NCBI GenBank assembly: GCA_029558735.1
Contig: JAKQDP010000054.1
Coordinates: 1 to 61,020 of the forward strand
Source: a bacterium
Lineage (GTDB): Bacteria; Patescibacteriota; Patescibacteriia; 2-01-FULL-39-33
Length of the DNA stretch: 61,020 nt
Direction of reading: 5' to 3'
The notes beneath the pieces are model-generated. The model was not told the DNA's origin, searched no databases, and was given only the letters and a program-made list of their open reading frames with translations. This document shows positions 55,789 through 61,020 of this stretch, in pieces. Made by a program: the position numbers and the translations under genes. Numbering within the stretch: the stretch's first letter is position 1; every line of letters begins with the position of its first letter.

Positions 55789-57078
55789 CTACAAGCCAAT
55801 CTCTTTTTTTAAAAATTCTATCACCTTCCGATTACCCAGCATATTCCTCAAATATTCCCGATAGGACTCGGCCATAAATTGTTTCTTGGCTTCCGGATTA
55901 GCCGGATAGCGTTTGAGCAGTTCATCAATTTCTTGATCAATATCTTTTTCTTCAACCGACAGTTTTTGACTTTGGAAAATCTCTCGGGCAAGAATTGCCG
56001 ACTTGACTCGTTGCTCGGCCTGTGGTCGAAATTCTTGCTTTATTTGATCTAAGGTTTTATTCAAACTCTTTAAATAGTCCTCCAAAGAAACACCTTGACC
56101 GGCAATCGTGTGCTCTATCTCGTGAATCATCCGTTCAGTTTCAGTAACCAGAAGAATCTCCGGCAATTCATCAAATTTGGACAATTGAACCAACTGATCC
56201 AACAATTGGACTTCCAGACGTTGCTCCTCTTTATTTTTCTCTTCTTCGCCTAAATTATCTTTGATGCCCGATGTTAATTCAGCAGCCGTCTTGTATTGCC
56301 CGCCAGACACTGTCTTGGCAAACTCATCATCAATCTCCGGCAATTCCACTTCATAAACCGCATTGCATTTCACTTGAAAGGTGGCTTTCTGACCGGCTAA
56401 ATCTTTTTGATAATATTTTTCCGGAAAAACAAGCTCAAACTCCTTGGTGTCCCCGGCCTTCAGGCCAATCAACTGCTCTTCAAAACCGGGAATAAACCGG
56501 CCCTCACCAATGGTAATCGGGTATTTTGCCTGTTTGCCATTTTCTATGGCAACATTGTCTCTTAAAACATCAAAATCAATTTCCAAGCGATCGCCCGTCT
56601 TAGCCGGCCGCTCGACTATTTTTTCTTTAGAACGCAACTTCTTGATATCAGCAATCACCTTATCCACCTGTTCGGACTTAATCTCAATTTTTTTTCTTGC
56701 CAATTTTATTTTTTTCCAATCGCCCAATTCCACTGACGGCAACACCGGCGCTGTCGCTTTGTAAATAAGCGCGTTGCCGGGCGCTAATTTTTCCACCTCT
56801 ATTTTCGGTTGGCCGATAGTAGTCAACTGATTGTCAACAATCGCCTGATAATAAGTCTTGGACACAATACTGTCTAGCGCTTCTTCCAAAATCGCCGCCT
56901 CGCCCACTTTTTTTACCACCATATCATAAGGCGCCTTGCCCGGTCGAAAACCGTCAATCTTTACCTGCTGAGAAATCTGGGCGGCCGCCTTCTCTAAAAA
57001 CGGTTTTAATTCTTCTGGAGAAAGCTCGACAGTTATTACTACTTCCGACTGGGGCAATTTTTTTATGTCTGTTTTCAT
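55789..57078 (-). CDS. tig: trigger factor
   Basis: MKTDIKKLPQSEVVITVEL start (the track ORF begins 16 codons upstream). GFRPGKAP ribosome-binding motif and FKBP-type middle domain. Confidence 0.9.
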   Translation of the reverse strand: MKTDIKKLPQSEVVITVELSPEELKPFLEKAAAQISQQVKIDGFRPGKAPYDMVVKKVGEAAILEEALDSIVSKTYYQAIVDNQLTTIGQPKIEVEKLAPGNALIYKATAPVLPSVELGDWKKIKLARKKIEIKSEQVDKVIADIKKLRSKEKIVERPAKTGDRLEIDFDVLRDNVAIENGKQAKYPITIGEGRFIPGFEEQLIGLKAGDTKEFELVFPEKYYQKDLAGQKATFQVKCNAVYEVELPEIDDEFAKTVSGGQYKTAAELTSGIKDNLGEEEKNKEEQRLEVQLLDQLVQLSKFDELPEILLVTETERMIHEIEHTIAGQGVSLEDYLKSLNKTLDQIKQEFRPQAEQRVKSAILAREIFQSQKLSVEEKDIDQEIDELLKRYPANPEAKKQFMAESYREYLRNMLGNRKVIEFLKKEIGL

Positions 57079-57221
57079 AATTAATTTAATATGATTAAAA
57101 TTCAATAACCTTGCTAAGTCTAACATAAAAAAAGAGCTTAGTCAAAAGCCCATAGAATTTATTTTATAAAAACAAACTTAAAGACGCCTGGGTAGGGCGT
57201 CTTTAGAGAACATTATATGAC

Positions 57222-59195
57222 TTAGATTATCAGTAGCGGCGCAATAATAATAGAAACTATGGCCATCAACTTAATCAAAATATTCAAGGCCGGACCGGCA
57301 GCATCCTTAAGGGGATCGCCGACCATATCACCAACTATTGACGCCCTGTGAGCAGCGCTGCCCTTTCCGCCATGATTACCCGCTTCAATATATTTCTTGG
57401 CGTTGTCCCAGGCACCGCCGGCATTAGCCATAAAAACCGCCAACAAAAATCCGCTAACAATTGAACCGGCCAATAAACCGGCCAAACTAGCCGCCCCCAA
57501 CCAGCGACCAACTACCACTGGCGCCAAGACCGCCAACAGTCCGGGTAAAATCATCTGACGCAGAGCCGAACTGGTGGAAATAGCAATGCAACGATTGTAA
57601 TCCGGTTCAACTGTGCCTTCCATTATCCCGACCGTCTCTCGAAATTGCCGTCGCACTTCCTCAACCATTTGGCCAGCCGCCCGGCCAATTGCCTTAATAA
57701 CTAAGGCGCTAAAAATAAACGGTAACAAGCCACCAATAAATAACCCCGCTATCGTGTTAACATCCAATAAATTGATAAATTGCAAATTAACCGCTTGGCC
57801 GAAAGAAATCATTAACACCAGGGCAGTCAAAGCGGCGCTACCAATAGAAAAACCCTTGCCGATAGCAGCCGTAGTATTGCCAACCGCATCTAATTCTTCA
57901 GCCCGCAAACGAATCTCCGGTCCCAGCTTGGCCATTTCAGCCAAACCGGCGGCGTTGTCCGCCACCGGACCATAGCTGTCCGTGGCCAAGGTAATGCCTA
58001 AAGTTGACAACAGCCCCACAGCGGCAACCGCTACTCCATAAATACCGCCAAATTTATAAGCCAGTATAATCGCCGCCACCACCGTTAAAACCGGCCCAGT
58101 CGTACTCATTAAACCTAGAGAAAATCCGGAAATAATATTAGTCGCCGAACCAGTCTTGGACGACTGCGCCACCTCCCGAACCGGCCGCCGGGCATCAGAG
58201 GTATAATACTCAGTGGTCAAACCAATTATTAAACCAGCCAGCAAACCAACCAAAAGTGCCCAGAAAATATCAATTTGCTTAACAGTTAGTTTAACCGCTA
58301 CCCAAGAAAACACGACCATTACCATGGTGGCCGACCAGATGCCATAATTAAGGATTCTCCGGGGCGGCTGATTTTTGATTAAAAATACCACCCCCATGCC
58401 GACTAAAGCGGCGATAATACCCAAAGCTGATAATATTAACGGCAAAACAATCGCCTTCGAGCCCAACAGTGGCAAAACAGCCAGGCCTAAAACCATGGCG
58501 GCAATTATGCTCTCGGTATAGCTTTCAAATAAATCCGCACCCAGTCCGGCCACATCGCCAACATTATCACCAACATTGTCGGCAATCGTCGCCGGATTTC
58601 GCAAATCATCTTCCGGAATGCCCGTTTCCATTTTACCTACCAAATCAGCGCCAATATCCGCTGCCTTGGTATAAATACCACCACCCACCCGAGCAAACAA
58701 AGCGACCAGCGAGGCACCAAAGCCAAAGCCGTAAATAATTTCCGGGCTGCCAAAAATCAAATACAACAATGAGATGCCCAACAGGCCCAAGCCGACCACC
58801 ACCAACCCCATTACCGAACCGGAGGCAAAAGCCACTCTCAAACCGGGAATCAGCTGGTGACGGCAGGCCTCTGCTGTCCGGACATTGGCGCTGGTCGCAA
58901 TTGTCATCCCGACAAATCCGGCAGCAGCGGAAAAAATTGCTCCGACTAAAAAAGCGATGCCAGTTTTCCAAGATAAGCTCGGCATAATAAAAATAACCAA
59001 AGTGACTAGAACCGTAAAAACAGCCAAAATCTTATATTCCCGGATTAAAAAAGTTTTCGCCCCTGAACGGATGTAACCAGAAATAATTTCCGCTCGGGGC
59101 TCTTCCACCTTCTCCTGGTTGAGCCGATAAGCCAAAACCCCGGCCCCGCCCAAAGCAACCAGAGAACAGAGGAGACAAAACCAAATTAATAACAT
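57222..59195 (-). CDS. hppA: membrane-bound pyrophosphatase (pyrophosphate-energized ion pump)
   Basis: 657 aa polytopic protein. [26 protein letters not shown] and [12 protein letters not shown] motifs. Confidence 0.95.
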   Translation of the reverse strand: MLLIWFCLLCSLVALGGAGVLAYRLNQEKVEEPRAEIISGYIRSGAKTFLIREYKILAVFTVLVTLVIFIMPSLSWKTGIAFLVGAIFSAAAGFVGMTIATSANVRTAEACRHQLIPGLRVAFASGSVMGLVVVGLGLLGISLLYLIFGSPEIIYGFGFGASLVALFARVGGGIYTKAADIGADLVGKMETGIPEDDLRNPATIADNVGDNVGDVAGLGADLFESYTESIIAAMVLGLAVLPLLGSKAIVLPLILSALGIIAALVGMGVVFLIKNQPPRRILNYGIWSATMVMVVFSWVAVKLTVKQIDIFWALLVGLLAGLIIGLTTEYYTSDARRPVREVAQSSKTGSATNIISGFSLGLMSTTGPVLTVVAAIILAYKFGGIYGVAVAAVGLLSTLGITLATDSYGPVADNAAGLAEMAKLGPEIRLRAEELDAVGNTTAAIGKGFSIGSAALTALVLMISFGQAVNLQFINLLDVNTIAGLFIGGLLPFIFSALVIKAIGRAAGQMVEEVRRQFRETVGIMEGTVEPDYNRCIAISTSSALRQMILPGLLAVLAPVVVGRWLGAASLAGLLAGSIVSGFLLAVFMANAGGAWDNAKKYIEAGNHGGKGSAAHRASIVGDMVGDPLKDAAGPALNILIKLMAIVSIIIAPLLII

Positions 59196-59380
59196 AGTCT
59201 TAGGCAGTTATTAATAAAATTGCTATTAATAACAATTTTAATAAAAAAACCACAAAAAGACAATCCACGGCTAATAGGTTGTCGGCTATAAACCACCCCA
59301 AAAACTAAAGGTAATAATCAAATTAAAAATTATTCCCAATAAAAAACGGGCGGCTTTAGGCCGCCCGGACAAATAAAAAT

Positions 59381-60739
59381 TTATTCTGCTTTTTTCTTGG
59401 CTTTCTTAGCAGTTTTCTTTATTGTTGCTTTTTTCGGTTTTTCAATCAGCTCTTCATTATCAGCCGCGTCACCCGCCAATTTAACTTCTTCGTCTGCTAC
59501 TGGTGATTCTGCTTCGCCCGCTTCAACCGCTGACTCGGCTAATTGATCAGTCTCAACCGATTCATCGGCGTTTTGACTGTTAACCGAAATAATATCCAGC
59601 TTCCAACCGGTCAAGCGGGAAGCCAAGCGAACATTCTGGCCGCCCCGACCAATCGCCAGGGATAACTGATCATCCTTAACTGTCACTATTGCCAATTTTT
59701 CTTCCTCGCTTTCTTTTAGCGCCACCGAGACCACCTTAGCCGGCGATAAAGCGTTAGTAATAAATTGAATTGGATTTTCGTCCCAAAGAATAATATCAAT
59801 TTTTTCTCCGTTTAATTCGCTAATAATCGTCTGAATCCGACTGCCGCGCTGACCAACACAAGAACCGACCGGGTCAATGCTCTCATCATTGCTGGCAATG
59901 GCTACCTTAGACCGATTGCCCGGTTCGCGGGCGATGGATTTGATTTCAATGGCGCCAGTGGCAATTTCCGGCACTTCCGACTCAAATATTCGCCGAACAA
60001 TTTCCTCACTTACTCGAGAAACCAATAATTGAGGACCGCGGGTCGTCTGATCAACTATCTTTAAATAAAATTTCATTCGGTTGCCGATATTGTAACGCTC
60101 TCGCTCAATCTGCTCCTCAGGGGGCATCACTGCCACGGCCCGACCCAAATCCACCAACACATTCCGACCTTCACGGCGTTGAATTGTGCCATTAACCACT
60201 TGGCCTTCCATAGTTTTGAATTCTTCAAAAATATTCTGCCGTTCCTGCTCGCGCAGTTTCTGAATAATCACCTGTTTGGCCGTCTGGGCAGCCATCCGGC
60301 CAAATTCCCCCGGCACTTCCAATTCAGTTTTAATAATATCGCCAATTTGATATTTTTTATCCAATTCTTTGGCGTCTTTAAGTTGGATTTCTGTTTTAGG
60401 ATTGAATTTTCTAAAGCCTTCCTCAACTTCGTCATCCTCACTGACAAAAGCCTGGACATCTTCTTCAACAAGTCCGGCCTCTTCCCGCTTTGCCTTTTCC
60501 GCCAACAACTGTTCTTCATAATCTTCGGGCAAATCCTCCACAACGGTTTTCACATCAAACACCTTGACCAGGCCGGCCTTAATATCAAACTCCGTCACAA
60601 TGTTTTGAAGCTTATTGCCAAAATCTTTACGAAAAGCGGCGGCCAAAGCTAATTCAATGGTCGTCAACACAGACTCTTCGGATAAATTTTTTTCTTGGCA
60701 AATCTGCTGAATTGCCGCCTGAATGGCTGATTGAGACAT
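59381..60739 (-). CDS. nusA: transcription termination/antitermination factor NusA (with acidic/basic C-terminal extension)
   Basis: 452 aa. NusA N-terminal domain, S1 domain (GQVVNGTIQR), two KH domains (GSCVGQRGSRIQ, AIGRGGQNVRLAS). Confidence 0.95.
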   Translation of the reverse strand: MSQSAIQAAIQQICQEKNLSEESVLTTIELALAAAFRKDFGNKLQNIVTEFDIKAGLVKVFDVKTVVEDLPEDYEEQLLAEKAKREEAGLVEEDVQAFVSEDDEVEEGFRKFNPKTEIQLKDAKELDKKYQIGDIIKTELEVPGEFGRMAAQTAKQVIIQKLREQERQNIFEEFKTMEGQVVNGTIQRREGRNVLVDLGRAVAVMPPEEQIERERYNIGNRMKFYLKIVDQTTRGPQLLVSRVSEEIVRRIFESEVPEIATGAIEIKSIAREPGNRSKVAIASNDESIDPVGSCVGQRGSRIQTIISELNGEKIDIILWDENPIQFITNALSPAKVVSVALKESEEEKLAIVTVKDDQLSLAIGRGGQNVRLASRLTGWKLDIISVNSQNADESVETDQLAESAVEAGEAESPVADEEVKLAGDAADNEELIEKPKKATIKKTAKKAKKKAE

Positions 60740-60766
60740 AACTATTTTTTAATTTGATTATTTAAG

Positions 60767-60794
60767 AAAAAATGACAGCCCAAAGTGCTGTCAT
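60767..60794 (-). terminator. terminator-like hairpin in the nusA leader (possible attenuator)
   Basis: Minus strand: AUGACAGC-ACUUUGG-GCUGUCAU followed by UUUUU. It lies between the promoter and the nusA ATG. Confidence 0.5.
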
Positions 60795-60805
60795 CTCTAT
60801 AAATA

Positions 60806-60833
60806 ATTATAGCATACCAATATAAAATGTCAA
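60806..60833 (-). promoter_or_regulatory. consensus sigma70 promoter of nusA
   Basis: Minus strand: TTGACA (60828-60833), 16 nt, TATAAT (60806-60811). Confidence 0.5.
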
Positions 60834-60918
60834 GCTGATTATAATAAAAACAAAAAAATAATTACCAGTCAACACCAACAGGTAATGTGCACATACATAT
60901 GGCGGTTTTTGAGGAAAT

Positions 60919-61020
60919 ATGGCACGATATGCTAATATGTGTACAAGATTACCAAAAGACGCTCTGGAAGAGCGCCTAAGATGGGTGATGCCCATAATCA
61001 ATAAGGAGATTAAACTCAAA
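60919..61020 (+). CDS. possible 5' end of a gene running off the window (unknown function)
   Basis: ATG 60919, open to the window edge. Translation: MARYANMCTRLPKDALEERLRWVMPIINKEIKLK. GAGG lies 4 nt upstream. Only 34 codons are visible. Confidence 0.25.
   Translation, partial: MARYANMCTRLPKDALEERLRWVMPIINKEIKLK

Noticed and set aside
60807-61019. 70-aa minus-strand ORF at the window end.
   Set aside because: It overlaps the nusA promoter and its sequence is low-complexity. A plus-strand partial ORF with an ATG at 60919 is marginally more plausible.
1-61020. Alternative genetic code (UGA recoding, as in some CPR lineages).
   Set aside because: Long conserved genes terminate at TGA (for example the radical SAM gene at 26654-26656) without read-through extensions. 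The standard code fits all conserved proteins.

Overview
This 61 kb bacterial window is gene-dense, mostly minus-strand and about 40% GC by eye. It uses the standard genetic code, since TGA is seen as a stop.

The flanks are housekeeping genes:
- Left flank: rpoB-rpoC, a murE-like ligase, ruvA, a U32 peptidase, ileS, argS and thrS.
- Right flank: rpsA, a pgsA-like gene, ftsH, pilB/gspE, tRNA-Glu, tsaD/tsaE, hsp20, a VanW protein, nfo, galE, tig, hppA and nusA.

Several traits are reminiscent of Patescibacteria/CPR-like genomes, but this is my inference only and cannot be verified here. They are a four-helix-bundle '23S IVS' protein gene, an RNHCP protein, stand-alone receiver domains, 7TM histidine kinases and AT-rich word-like intergenic repeats.

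The centre of the window (about 20.8-37.8 kb) looks accessory and holds the most interesting content:
1. A radical SAM/SPASM enzyme is followed by an untracked 34-aa Cys-containing ORF with its own SD and terminator, flanked by GNATs. This is a candidate RiPP locus.
2. A GC-rich 33-aa ORF with 17 prolines has a perfect SD. It sits between two HExxH proteins and is followed by a terminator hairpin.
3. A fatty-acyl neighbourhood contains an acyl-CoA ligase, an alpha-oxoamine synthase, an alpha/beta hydrolase, a 3-hydroxyacyl-CoA dehydrogenase and a methyltransferase. It has an embedded HK/RR pair, a structured about 230-nt leader RNA of unknown class, and a divergent FadL-type beta-barrel gene.

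Elsewhere I found T-box leaders for thrS and ileS, and a family of palindromic IVS-like repeats (one copy carries the four-helix-bundle gene, and one is inserted in the thrS leader). There is also an orphan about 400-nt structured noncoding locus with its own promoter and terminator, plus several small untracked ORFs. No CRISPR array, rRNA or clear transposase was seen.
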